Shown here piece after piece: positions 15,401 through 27,998 of a DNA stretch of 64,000 bases. A program made the translations under genes and the position numbers. The stretch is taken from contig CM119271.1 in assembly GCA_051294375.1 (NCBI GenBank), positions 4,907,579 through 4,971,578 on the forward strand, written 5' to 3'. Source of the DNA: Paraspadella gotoi (lineage: Eukaryota; Animalia; Chaetognatha). A model generated the notes under the pieces. That model was not told the origin of the DNA and did no database searches. It saw only the letters and a program-made list of their open reading frames with translations. The number at the start of each line of letters is the position of its first letter. The first letter of the stretch is position 1.

Positions 15401-16109
15401 AATTCCTAGAATTATTTTTTTTTGCGTGTTATTTTTTTTTCCGAAGGTGAGAAGGCGATGTAAGTGAATTAAAGGCGATTGGCTGACGAAAATGGTTCTC
15501 TTTTCGGGTAAAGAGTTTATCACTGAAGGCCCGTTTAAAAGCGATAACCAGTTTAACCACCGATGTTTATTTAAAAGTTATTTAATTGGTTCATCGGTAG
15601 ATTGACTCGAATTATACATGAGTCGGAAGGCGAAAAAAAGATCGCGTGGATTGTTTAAATCATAATTTTATAGACATAGGTGGAGAGACGAGGATTAAAT
15701 ACTTATATACTTATATAAATATATAGTTGTCATCGAAGCGGATTTTCTGTATTCTGGAATGGTAACAAATAATAGGAAGCTCAGTAATTATTATTGCGAT
15801 ATTCGTAGTACAACACGGTCGAAACCTGTTGTTACAGTTGCCGGGATAAGGTTTTTCTACTCGCTTCGTCTGTTCTTATCCAAAATAAATGGTTTTTTTT
15901 AATTTACACGGCGTAATCTCATTGAGAAAAACGAAAAATCAAGGTTCCCACCTTGATAACTTAGGAAAAATGCGTCTAAACGCTGCAGACAATATTAAAT
16001 CATAACAAATGTCAGAAAAGATACGATCAAGAAAGTTTAGATAAATATGAAAGTCCACCGAAAGAATTTGGAGGAGAAAAAGCTTGGAAACGAGAAAGGA
16101 ACCATCGAA

Positions 16110-16114
<5 letters not shown>

Positions 16115-16165
<51 letters not shown>
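16115..16165. repeat. (GA)n microsatellite
   Basis: Perfect AG dinucleotide run just downstream of the Ig paralog stop codon. Confidence 0.95.
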
Positions 16166-16169
<4 letters not shown>

Positions 16170-16185
16170 AAGAAAGAAAAAAAAT

Positions 16186-18280
16186 TCAAAAAAGGCCCAG
16201 CTCGTTGACCACGAGGGAGCTCAGAGCGAGACAAATGAGGACGACGACCCTCTCCGCCTCCAGACTCCAAGCCCCGTCCCACTGAATTTGAACAGAAGCC
16301 GAAGCGAATTTTGAGTTTTTCTCCACGTGGAGGCCGAGAAGGTATTTGGCCTTGGTGTCCTTCACGCGAGACCGAAGGATGGCCAAGTTGACGAGGGAGA
16401 CGTTGCCACGCGACGAGGAGGGAGAAGCGGGGGTCACGTGGAAAATTTCCAGCGACCGATCGACCACGTCACGATCAGTTTTGACCTTGACCAACCTGCG
16501 CTTGCCGAGCGGCTTGAGAGTCCAACTTATATCGGCCTTTTCCAGCGGCGGATGAACCCTAACAACGCACTTGACGACGAAGGATACGTCGTCGTCGTCG
16601 TCCTCGGTTTCGGCATCCAGGGTCGTGGATCGACCCATCCTCAGACGCTTTCGACCGGAGAGATAAACGTGTTGAGGACAAAGGAGATAGGGACCGACTT
16701 GATAGCGCACGCGAACGAGGCGCTCCAACCTCCCGTCGAGGACGGAGAAGCCGACGTCGAACTCGGGCCGCGCGCGAAGTTTTTCGCTCTTGACAAAATA
16801 TGCGAAGACGGCCGGGCCGCCGCGGAGCCCGGAGTAAAGGACTTTTTCGACGTCGTCGTTGGAACCCGCCGGGAGAGCAGACTCGACAAAGTCATTCCAG
16901 AGGAAATGATCGACGGGCGGAAGTGGATTGCCGCTCGCCGTGCAGATGATCGCTAACTTGTGCTTCGTCATCGTTTCAACAAAGGAATTATCGAGTATGG
17001 GGGGTCCGCGATGATTTCTTGTACTACGAGAAGAATTAGCTGCAGAAAGAAACAATATTTGACTGGAGGACTCAATACAAGATATTAATAAAGTTTTTCA
17101 CGCACCAACTTCGAAGACCGGGCACGCTGTTGATCCACACTCGCTCTCCATTGCCTCCATGATCCTGTCCCTCGCCATCTCTTCCTCTTGCAACACCGTC
17201 TCCGTCAACTGATCATCGGCCACTTCCAACATTGTGGGGCATTCCAGAACCAGCGGCATAGCTTCGCAAGACGGAGCAGCGAGCGTTCTCAGAGCGCGTT
17301 CCGGCACGTTGATGCCGCTAAAGCCGTCGCGTTCGACGATTATGGGCGGCTGGGTGCGAAGGAACGGGTAAACGACGACGCACGTCAATTGGTCGACCTC
17401 TCGCGCCGACCAGCGGAGAGAGAGCACGACCAATTTATGATGGGCACCAAGCTGCTGCACCCATGCTTTACCCCCTTCGACGATCTCAGAACCGTTGCGG
17501 CGCCATTCTACCGACGGACTGGGCCTTTCGTAACCGAGCCAGGGCTCTACGTATTCCACGACGCATCTCCTCTCAACTAGAGCGCCCGAGGGAGCATCCC
17601 AACGACTTTGCCTCCACGAATTGGCGTCAACGATAACATCCGTCGCGGGAAATGGCGCGCATTTAGGCGTTGCAATGACGGAGAGATACTGGCTCCGGTC
17701 GCGGTTGCAGCGATACCGTCCCGAGTCGTCGAGGGAAACGTCGCGTACGATGAGATCGAAGGACGAATCGAGAGAGTATTTGTAACGGAGGAGACGATCT
17801 ACTATTTTTCCGTCCACGAAGAGCTTCTCCAACGGGCGTCCGCTTAGTTCGGCGATCCAAACGGATGAAAAGATCTTTGGTATAGAAACGGGGGGGGGGA
17901 GAGACAGGACGTGAATTGAATAAAACTGATTCAGAATCGGATATCGATTATCCAAGGTCCACAGCTTCGCAAAAAAGGTTTTAATATACCATTTGACATC
18001 TTCAATGTATATATACAAATCCAAACGACGGGTAAAATGAGTGGGCAGAGCAAGTGCTACATAAAAACCTTTTTTTTTTAAATATATCTACCTCCTCAAC
18101 ATTTTCTTTGAATTCCGCGACACCCACCTGATTGTCGTCGATCGTCCTGCAAGGGAGTCGAATGGTGACGCCCACCTCCACTGCGATTAGGTTTTGACAG
18201 CGGGTGGATGGGAGGAGGAGGAGGAGGAGGAGGACACATATCGTCGACGATAAGGCAAACGGAAAAAAGAGCGAGTTCAT
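16186..18280 (-). CDS. Ig-superfamily paralog with hydrophobic C-terminus and no cytoplasmic domain, 3 exons
   Basis: Signal peptide, LPC..W..DSGRYRC. Shares GPYLxCPxHVYLS, FxVKCxVRxHPPL..SWTL and KYLLGLHV/EYMLKLHV with the downstream paralog. Ends VVVLICLALSSLVVNELGLF*. Confidence 0.78.
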
Positions 18281-18861
18281 GTTCGATGGTGAAAAGTGAA
18301 AAGGTGAGAAAACAGTCGATAGGGAAAGAGACAGAGACAGGATAGACAAACGCTGAAATGAAAGGAAAGTATGAAAAGGTCGAAAGTGACAGAGGTTGAC
18401 AACAGAAAATAAAAATACATGGTGAAAACTTTTCGGTGATTAGAGACATTTTTTTTTCACGAGCGATTCGCGAAGGGAAGGGAAAAAAATACTACATACT
18501 TATACGTATTTAACCCCTTTTTTCATGGTCGCACATTAGACAATTTTCCAGTTTTTTTAAACTTTTTTAACTTTAGACAATTCATCTGGAACGAATCAAG
18601 CACCAGTGATTTATTAAAAAAAATTGGGTTGGATCACAATGACATCTAAAACTGTAGGTACCCATTCTTCCAAGCCGTGAAGAGTAAAACAATTTTGCTT
18701 CGTTAAAAACGTAAAACCAATATAAAATAAAAATTATCCCAGTTTCAATGGTAGCACATATAAATTATCAAAAATACTACAACTAACAGTATGCGTTTAA
18801 GAAAATACGTCAAGGATGAGACGTCTTAATACGGAGAGTTCTAAAAGGTTCTATAGGAACT

Positions 18862-21800
18862 TTATCCGGTGAGCGACTTTACATTATCGTCGCTGAGCGA
18901 GACCGTCGTCCGCGCGACTTCTTCTGGCGACGAAACCTCGAAGTCGTTGTCGGACGACGCCGCTTGTCCCACGACGCCCACTTCTGATTCAATATCCGGT
19001 TCACCGTCCAAGTCTTTTCGATCCGACACGACGGACGTGACGACGGCGACCGTCTCTACTTCGACTTGGCCGATGACGACGACGGGTGGGTCGTCGGCCT
19101 CCTGACATCCCGCGGGTTCATCCGGAGTCGCGACGTCGGCCGGTGGCACGAGCGTCATCGTCACCTCCTCCAAACCGACGGCGACGGAATCGTCGACGAG
19201 CGACGCCGGACCCAAGGGTGCTGGGGTGAGTGATTTGGGCGCCGAGGAACCGATGGAGGTGTGCGAGGCGCCGGAGGAAGACGCAGAGGCGCGGCCTTCC
19301 GAGACGCGAGTGTATTCGGGATCGCGTGAATGCTGGAGGCTAGCTGTACCGCTCTCGGCGGTTTGAACTATCGCGGGATGTTCCTCGTCTCCATTGGTAG
19401 AAACTCGATCGTCAGCGATAGAATCTGCAGAGCGACGAATCTCTTCCAATCGCCCGTCGACTACGTCCAACACCCCCAGGTCGCCGGGTCGTTCGCGCGA
19501 CCGACTTTGCGTTTTGGGTGGAGCGTTGGAAAGACGGTGGAGCCGGCGGTGACGCCCCGTCGATGATGAAGGGGGCGTGGCCGACCGGGATCGATGTTTG
19601 GAGTGGGAAGAGTTCAAAGGAGCTTCGGCCAAGGAAGATGGAGAGACGAAGGATTTTAGATGACGTGCACCGCCTTTTAATCTGAAAGCAAAGAGGTAAA
19701 AAATAGTTTAGTTATAGGGAAAAATTAAAAAGCTTTTCGTAAAAGCGTTAAGTGACAAGTCTTTTCATGAACAAGACTATCTGTAGTAGAAACTTTAGTG
19801 ATAATGTAAACGTCATTAATTGAATAATAATGATTCTATTAAATATGCATTGAACAACAGGGTTGAGTGATGAAAAGATTGAGCGATTGAACATTATTTT
19901 TTTTGCTGCCGATGGACATGTAATTAACGAATTTTAAAACCTTTAAAAATTTTTTTTAGCATAACAATTATTTATGTAGTAATATCCTTATATATTTTAC
20001 TATTTTGTTCCCGAAACAATATGAACAAATTTTTTTGTACTAATTAATCATGCTATCTCACGTCTAAATATTCTTGTTTGATCATTCTAATAATTTTTTT
20101 GTTCTTGAGTGCTTCACTCTAATGAACAAGGTCCTGTCTTCGACTAAACCAGCGTCACTGCGATTTCCTTGCCTTGCCTGGCCTAACTTCTTTGTCAGTG
20201 CACACTTTTTATTTCATTTATAATCTTAAATTTTGCTTTTACAAATACATGTATGTGTTTATATAATATATGTATAATTGTATATTTGTTTTGTATATCA
20301 ATTCTGGAGTTGCTTGACTTAGTCTCCCGATCTCTTTTTCATTTTCCTTTTTTGTTGACGTTTATTGTTGACATAAGATATTTCTGCAACCATTCCCGCA
20401 ATTATTTGTTTTCTTTGTTTTCTTTTCAGAAAAAAAAAAAATCTTTAATGTTTTAAAAAATTCACGCGATTTTCATCCTCCGCATTTTTTTGCCTTCTCC
20501 CTTGGAGATATGTACTGAACGTACGCAGAACAAAATCCTTTTAATTCATTGGTTCTCAAAAAATTTAGAGATAGTGAAGAGGCGGTTTTACAGGGCCACA
20601 CCCGCAGCCCGGTGTCACTCGTGGCGACAGCAGACAGCAGTTAATGTAGTCCGAGCTTGGATCTGGCAGTAGGCCCATGCCTACAGGCGGTTACCCGGTC
20701 CATCCCACTTTCTACATGACAACCTCAGGGCTCAACCAGGACCACATTGGGATGGTGCATTAGTCCACTGAGCACCGAGGCGCTGCGAAAGAACAGCTTT
20801 AATTTATCTGTGGTGATGGACCACCAGATAGCACATTTTTTTCTGTAACCAATTTTACATTTACTTCATTTTCTTACTTTATTTAATGGAAATCCCAAGC
20901 ATCTAGCAACAGACAGGCAGAAAAGCTGTAGCCGTGACTAAAAAACCCATGAGTAAAACCACAGTAAAAATTCTTTGTCAGCCAAACATTGACAAAAATT
21001 TCAAAAAACACTTTTTTTTGCAACAATACAAATTATATCTCGCCGGCTATTTTACGGTTTTCTCTGGCTAACCTCCGCTCATCTCTTTCCTTTACATAAT
21101 TTTGATCCAAATGCCGATCTCGCCACGCGAACCCAGACAATTTCCAGAGGTAAACCGGGAGCATTATTTAGGTATGACGAAGAATCTGATTTTTTTTACG
21201 ATCAGAACACTCTTTCGGTATCTCTGTTCTCTCTGTCTTTATCTCTCTCTCTGTCTGCCCAAAACGAAAACATGAATCAGAATTCGGAAACCAGGAACTA
21301 AATCCATCTGGCGAGCAAATGAATGGCAGCGGCGGTCGATAAACAAAAGAAAAAAGACGGATCGGGTGAAAGGTAAAAGAAAAATACTTCAAATTAGACA
21401 AAAAGACGAAAAGCCGCTAAAAATGAAGAAGGACTACGTTCTCGTTCATCATAAAAAAATTCAAAGAGAAAAATAAACATTGATTATTTAAAACGAACCT
21501 GGAAAGATCTTCGAGTGGAATCTCTTCGGAACTCTCGAGAAATCCACTGACGTTAGATCCGCTCGACTCGTTGCGTTTCTTTCCGTCGCTCGACTGCGAA
21601 AAACAAGAACATATTTCCAACTTCAAAGGCTCAATTGAACAGAGCGTCCGTAGTTTTTCGAAAGTGAGGGACAAAAGCAAAATGCCTGTCTCCACTCTCC
21701 AGTTTACACATGCAACGACGGACTTGGGGTCTTCATCTTTTTTGTAAATCTACAATATTTCTTATGGCTATATTCAAAATATATTATTTAATTGATATTC

Positions 21801-24800
21801 GGTTTAGCGGCAAGTTTAGCAACTATACCTCCTTGTCAAGATTCTGCAGAGATAGGGCGGCGTCCTCCGCCTCCTCGATGTCAACTCCGCGGTGGTCGAA
21901 GTAGCGCAATGTCGAGTCCCAACTATCGGAAGCCAAATTAAGGTATAATTGTACATTTTCGTTGTCACGTTAAGCAATGATAAATTTTAGTCAAAGAATA
22001 TTTTCGACATTTTCAGCCTTTTACCCGGATTCAGCCTCGACCCTGCCTGGCATGGCGACACCCGAAGCCACAGCGATGCCCTTCTCTTTGACTATGCGAT
22101 GCGAGTGGGCGTGGAGGCCGCGAATTCGCTCCATTTGAGGCTGTTGTCGTTGGGAGGAAAAAGAAGAGGAGGGGACGACGGTCGATGTCGAAGAACGATG
22201 GTGGGAAGAGGAGGAGGAAGAGGAGACCCGACGTCCTCGATGATGGGAACTATCTTGTCCTTAAAAATTAAATTAATTAATTAAATAAATTAATTAATTA
22301 AATTAAATTAAATTATCTTGTCCTTAAAAATAAAAATGAAGACGACGTGTACACTGTACAGAGTATGTAGCAGAATAATTTAGTTATAGACTTGAGGGGG
22401 GGGGAACTACTCAGTACTCACCACCTCCGATTCCCAGCTTGCCACTGCTGAGTTCCAGCATACGCGCCACCTGGTGCATCTTCCGCTGTCGAGCCTTGTG
22501 GCGCCCCTTCGAGAGTCGCTGACGCGCCGCCATGCACCTGATATGATCGTCGAATACGAGGCGAGCGCTCAAGAGGGGGCGCGGGCTGATCGGGGAAAAA
22601 ACAAGAATAGAAATTCAATTAGACTTTGCAAATCAAAACGAGAGGGAGAGACTGGGAGAGTGATAGTTACCTGTTGCCACCGGAAGCCAATCCCCCGCGC
22701 AGAGGTGAACCTTTACCACTGGGCAAGGATCGCCTAACATGATTCACTTCGTTTTTAATTTTCCATTGAAAATAAGGGCTAATTAAGTAAATATCATTCA
22801 TCGCTCACCTGTGAACCGTGACGTACAAACTCCTAGTGTCTTCCTTGTCGGGTTCTACTTCAGAATCTTGGAGGAGTCCCACGAAAGTAGCCATCCCCCA
22901 CCCCAATCGCTTCGTGTCCGGCTCTACCAAAATCAGCTCGTCCGCGCCTTGTAAGAAACATAGGCCACAATTTTGAAGACAAACAAAAATAAAAGACGCA
23001 ACCAAGGCCGAATTTTTTTTTTTTGTACCGATGACGAGAAATCGTTTGAGCTTTCCCTCTTTCATGATTACAGTGCACGCGATGAGGTCGCTGTTATTTA
23101 GATCCAAAACGTCGTTCACACGGACGAGATCGCTCTCCTGAAAAAACGGTTGGCACAGAAAAGTTGATTTCGAGTAATTTTTACGTAGTACATACATTAA
23201 ATAAAAAATGCAACCAAAAAGGCTCTCACTTTGGTCAGGGGCAGCGCGGTTTCGATCTCTCTGTTGAGGTGAAGGGTGACATCGCGGAGAAGCAAGAACA
23301 CCCTGATCGCCCGGCGAGCCCTGAGCAAAAAGCAAGGGGCAAAAATGGATTATTTTTACAAAGAAGGTTTGAATGAATAGAAGACCCGAACCTTTCAGAC
23401 TCTCCGCAGGGCAGGCGTTTAGCAAACTCGATTCCGCTCAGCGGAGTTCCGATCGGTGGGAGAAGGATGGACGCGTCGGTGCAGAGGAACGACACGTTTA
23501 CTGGCCGAGCCTAGAGGTAAGTAAGAGGTAAAACATAGTTGGACGAATGAAAAAGTTATGAAAAAGTTATGAAAAAAAGAGGAAGAAAACTCGAATTGAA
23601 AGATAAGAATTGATGACTAGAAACGAGAGCAAGGCTTATGAGAAAAAGAAAATAAAAACCCTTACCTTCATGTCTCGAAACTCGTCCTCGAACATGTCGA
23701 GAAATAAATCTTCGCTCTTGTAGAAGTTTCTGACATAGAGAACAGCTTCGCCTCTTGCGTTTTCGATCAGCGCCGAATGGCGGTCGTCAAGCACGCCAGC
23801 GTCTGAGGCGGCGTCAGGTGGCGGCGTCGACATTAGCTTGAGTAACTGAATAGCCAAGTCGAGGGTGACCAGGCGAACTTTGGAACCGCTGTTAAGACAA
23901 ATCAAATTATTCAAGTTGGGGACGTGGCTATAATAAGAAAATCAGAGAATCAGATCGAGGCGTTATTAAAAGTTAAAATGGTTCGTTCAATGTTTTGATT
24001 TGTACGCTGAATGGAAATGAAAGCGGCGTTATGGTACCTTTTACAGCTCTGACTGATGATAAAGATGAGTCGCTCTGCCAGTGCTGAGTTATAGCCGTCG
24101 GTGGCGCCGGGATCCGGCGTGGGGAGTTGCGTCGATTCGACGAACTGTCGATTGATACCGACGTTGTGTCCGATGGAGTAAATGAGGGTGAGGGCAAAGA
24201 GTGTGTCGTAATCGTGGTCGAGACACTCCAGCGCCTTGAAGATCGACTCGAGATGAGGACGGCTCGACAGCGCTAGGTCCGTTCCGTTGGCGTCGCGAAT
24301 CTTTCGCAGATAAGGGGACCGAAACTGGTGACCGGCGAAAGCGATGGTGAAACCGACTGGTGTGAAAGCGGAGTGGGGCGTTGCGGTGTCGGACGACGTG
24401 GCGGCAGCGGCGACCTTCTCCTCGTCGGTGATGTTACGTAGCTCTTGATGGAGACTGCGTAACCTCTCTTTGATGGGATCGGAGGAAGAAGAGACGGCGG
24501 TCGGCGTTCCTGGAGCTGCGACGGCCCCGCCTGCTGAATCCGTCTGCCCTCCTGTTGCCAATTCGGCTATTACGTCATGACTCTTCCCATCATCATTGCG
24601 CATTTCTTCAGCTGATTCGGACGCAGCGCTCTCAGCTCCTCGCGGGTCGGCGTCGCCCGCGGCATTCCCCTCTGGGGTCAAATCCGAATTTCGGTAATTT
24701 GGCCTCTTGAGGGGTTTGGCCGATTCTGCAGACGCTTGCAGAAGTTTGGGAGAGCCTCGTCGAGCGGCTCGGGCCGTTGAAGGAATCGATTGCTGCCGCG

Positions 24801-26053
24801 TCGGATTTCGCCAGGGTCGGCGTCGCCATTGTCTTCGTCGTCGTCGTCGTCGTCATCATCATCATCGTCGTCGTCGCCATCCCGGTCGGCCGTTTCAATC
24901 TCCCTCACGTCCGTGTTGAAGATGATGTCAGCGAGTTGCCGCACGAGCGGAGGGTGGGTGATGATTAGAAACACTTGTGTCAACAGATACAGCGCCAACT
25001 CCCGCGTCACGCCGGCACTCTTCTTTCGCCGGACTGAGAGTCGGGAGCGGCGTCCGTGACGGCGGTGGATCCAAAGCGACCGGATATACAAAGGGAGGAA
25101 GAGTCGGTCGAGCAGGTGGTCGGTGAGAACGTCGTTGAGACTTTCGATGTCCAGGCGAAGGATGTCGTTAAGATAATGAAGATGGTCGAGATGCTCCGCC
25201 ACAAGATCGGCGAGACGGTCGCGACTGCTGTGGTCGGCGTCGTTGCGGATGGCCGAGTCAATCTCCAGGATGTGGTTGCCCACAAACCTGATCGCGGGGA
25301 AGACGAGAGTGGGAGAATACGTTTGGAAGAAAATTGTTTAAAATTAAATAAAGCAAGACGATCTTTCATTATCAAATTTGCTTACCAAACGAAATTAGAG
25401 AAATATGGGGCCGCCGTGTGATCCCTAATGAACCTTAGCATCGAAGCGTCAGGGACTCGGTAAACGTTGAGCGTGAGTGTCCGTACGGCGATACGGACCA
25501 TCGACTCCGAATGGTTGAAGAACTTTATGGCCTCCGTGTAGAGCGGAAAATCGTTGGTGTGTTCGTTGTAAAAAAAGTGTATGGTGTGCTGGTTGAGCTT
25601 TAGAGAGAGCGTCTTTAGAAAAGAGATGTAGTAAGCGAGCACTTCCTCGTCGGAAAAGTCAAACTTATGCACGATAATCGAATTGATGTGGTTGTTGCTG
25701 AGCAGGTAGTAGAGTGAAGTCTCATTTCTTATGTTCTCAAAGAGAATGTTGAGCGTCTGCAGCAACTGGACGCAGACGAATTGGGCGCTCTTTTGCTGCA
25801 TGTAGTGGAGAAAGAATTCTAGCATGTTTTTTTCGAGAAAAAAGTCGAAGACGGACCCGTCGTTTTGGTCTCCCCAGATAAGAATCTCCGAGATGGCGCG
25901 GAGTGCCTCGATAAGAGTCTCGCGATTGGACGCCGTCACCGTCTTATTCTTGTTCAAAACCCCATAGAGATACTTGAGGTAATCGAGACTGTGGGGGTTT
26001 TGCGAGGGGCGCCAGAGGCCGCCCGACCGAAAGGGGCGAAAGCGACTCAGCAT
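18862..26053 (-). CDS. CLEC16A: CLEC16A/Ema/GOP-1 homolog, multi-exon, with one -1 frame discontinuity near 24745
   Basis: FPL domain EILIWGDQNDGSVFDFFLEKNML..SLYYLLSNNHINSII, DLVAEHLDHLHYLNDIL, KRPNYRN, RLPCGESER, DVLDLNNSDLIACTV, LVEPDTKRLGWG, FDDHIRCMAARQRLSKGR. The terminal exon 19682-18862 joins in phase. Confidence 0.93.
20575..20787 (-). mobile_element. Possible degenerate tRNA-derived SINE in a CLEC16A intron
   Basis: GC-rich island in an AT-rich intron. Minus strand shows A-box-like GGTGCTCAGTGG and B-box-like GGTTGAGCCC. Confidence 0.35.
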
Positions 26054-26462
26054 TTTTTTGTCTTTGCAGGAATGTGGGGACGAAAGATCTGTGGGTTTGA
26101 CTAATTTACAGTAACTAGTACTCCACCCGTTGATTCATTTCATTTTCTTTTTCTTTTCATTGATTATAATGGAATCTGTTAAAGTGTTTCATAGTCGCAT
26201 CTGACTAGGTCTATTCTGCAAAATACACATAAAATTTAACAAGTGACTAAAAATCCGATACGTAACCGTTTAAAAAAACCAACAACCATGTATATGACTT
26301 TGAAGAGATGATAAAATATTTACAGCAAAAACATAAATCCTAAAAAATAAGGAACGTTTATCACCAATGAAATATACGTATAAAAAGGTATAAAAAGGTA
26401 ATAAAAGGTAAAAAGGTAAACTTGTAAATGGTTCGATGTTCAATTGTTCATTGTACATCATT

Positions 26463-27584
26463 TTACTTTTCTTTGTTTTCTGCTTGCAATTTCTCCTCGA
26501 CCACCCTTTCGCTCCAACTCCAAAATCTTTCGGCTAATTCGTCGTCTTTTGCCTGAGGAGTCGCGAGCTCCTGTGGCCGACAGTCAGAGTAATACAAACC
26601 GGACTGCGTCGCCAACTCCTCGTCGACGGCGCAACGCACCGACGTCTGCGCCCCTTGAGTAGAATGACAATTACTATATATTTATGAGCACAATGCTAAA
26701 GATCTCGATTCATAACTTTCATTGACACCTTGTTCCTCGGACTTAAAAGCCCAAGCAAATGGAGTAAAGCGCAGCAGGCTATCAGCGATGACCGTCCGCA
26801 CGAGACCCGGATGTACGACGTATGAGGCAACGCCAGTTTCTTCCGACATCTGGGCCAAACGCTTGGCAAAGAGTACGTTGGCCAGTTTGGAGTTCGCGTT
26901 GCGCCGGTGAGCGTCTTCCTTGACGCTGCGGCCGATCATGCCGTAAGGAAAGGGAATATCATTGATCTGAGAGTTGTCGAAATCAGCCAGACCATCCTCG
27001 AGCAGCTCGTCAAAATTTTGGAATGCTTTCGAGTTGGCGAACATGTAGGCGAAGGACGAGACCGTGACGATTCTTGAACCTGGCCCGGATTTTTTCAGCT
27101 CATCCAGCAAAAGGGTGGTCAGATAAAAATGACCGAAATGATTGGTCATAATCGTCGCCTCCAGGCCGTTGGCAGCGCGTTCGTGGCCGGAAAACAAGGC
27201 ACCTGCGTTGTTAATTAAAATGTCTAGTCTTTTTTCCTGCTGGACGAACTGGTCGACGAAGCGTCGGACAGAATTGAATGAAGAGAGGTCGAGAGTCATG
27301 GAGAGGACGTTCGAATTGCTCGTCGATCGGGCGATAGACTCGGCTGCGGCCGCCCCTTGCTCCTCGCTTCGACACGCGAGAATGACCCGGGCGCCTCGAC
27401 GCGCTAATTCTGCGGCCGTGGCACGTCCAATGCCCCGATTGGCACCGGTCACGATCGCCGTCTTGCCCGACATGCGCACGGGACTTGAAAACGTGCCGCC
27501 GGAAAGCCAAAGTTTGTTTGCAACGTAGAAGGTAAGGTAGGCGGAGAATGGAAATCCGACGCCCCAGAATAAAAGTCTTGACAT
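26463..27584 (-). CDS. Short-chain dehydrogenase/reductase (RDH11-14-like) paralog A, 2 exons, catalytic Tyr replaced by Asn
   Basis: TGANRGIG, LDILINNAG, TNHFGHF, VSS, NANSKLAN, VHPGLV. Intron 26654-26728 joins EQ-GAQTSVRCAV..SGLYYSDC..AERFWSWSE. Confidence 0.9.
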
Positions 27585-27998
27585 CGAGCCGGATTTCTGG
27601 AGCAAAATTACGAGCCTACGGAATTTTAGTAAACAATACAATCGACAAAAATTAATTACTACCAACTACCAAAGTTAGTAAAAAAATAATACCCATTTAT
27701 GGACGGAAATACCTTGAAAGTCAAATCGAGACTTTTATCGGCACTTTTACCAAAAATTTAAAAAATAATGCCCAAAAACTGGATCAAAATGATTGGCTAC
27801 TAAATTGGCTAAACCCAAAACCTGTGGTAAGTCGCCTCATTACCTAATTTGTTAATTTGCTAAGTCACATCTAATCTATTATAATTAGGCAAAAACCTAT
27901 TATGAAGTAAAATTAGCTGTCGTTTGATAGAGACTAAAGTGTAAGTACTATTTTGAAAATTTTTTTTGCTAAGAAATTTTAGCATATGGGAGCTGCTA

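Noticed and set aside
24835-24876. (GAC/GAT)n repeat
   Set aside because: Ordinary coding poly-Asp tract in CLEC16A; it does not explain the downstream frame break.
26682-26728. SDR-A truncated C-terminus suggesting a pseudogene
   Set aside because: A 75-nt intron restores a complete C-terminus homologous to paralog B.
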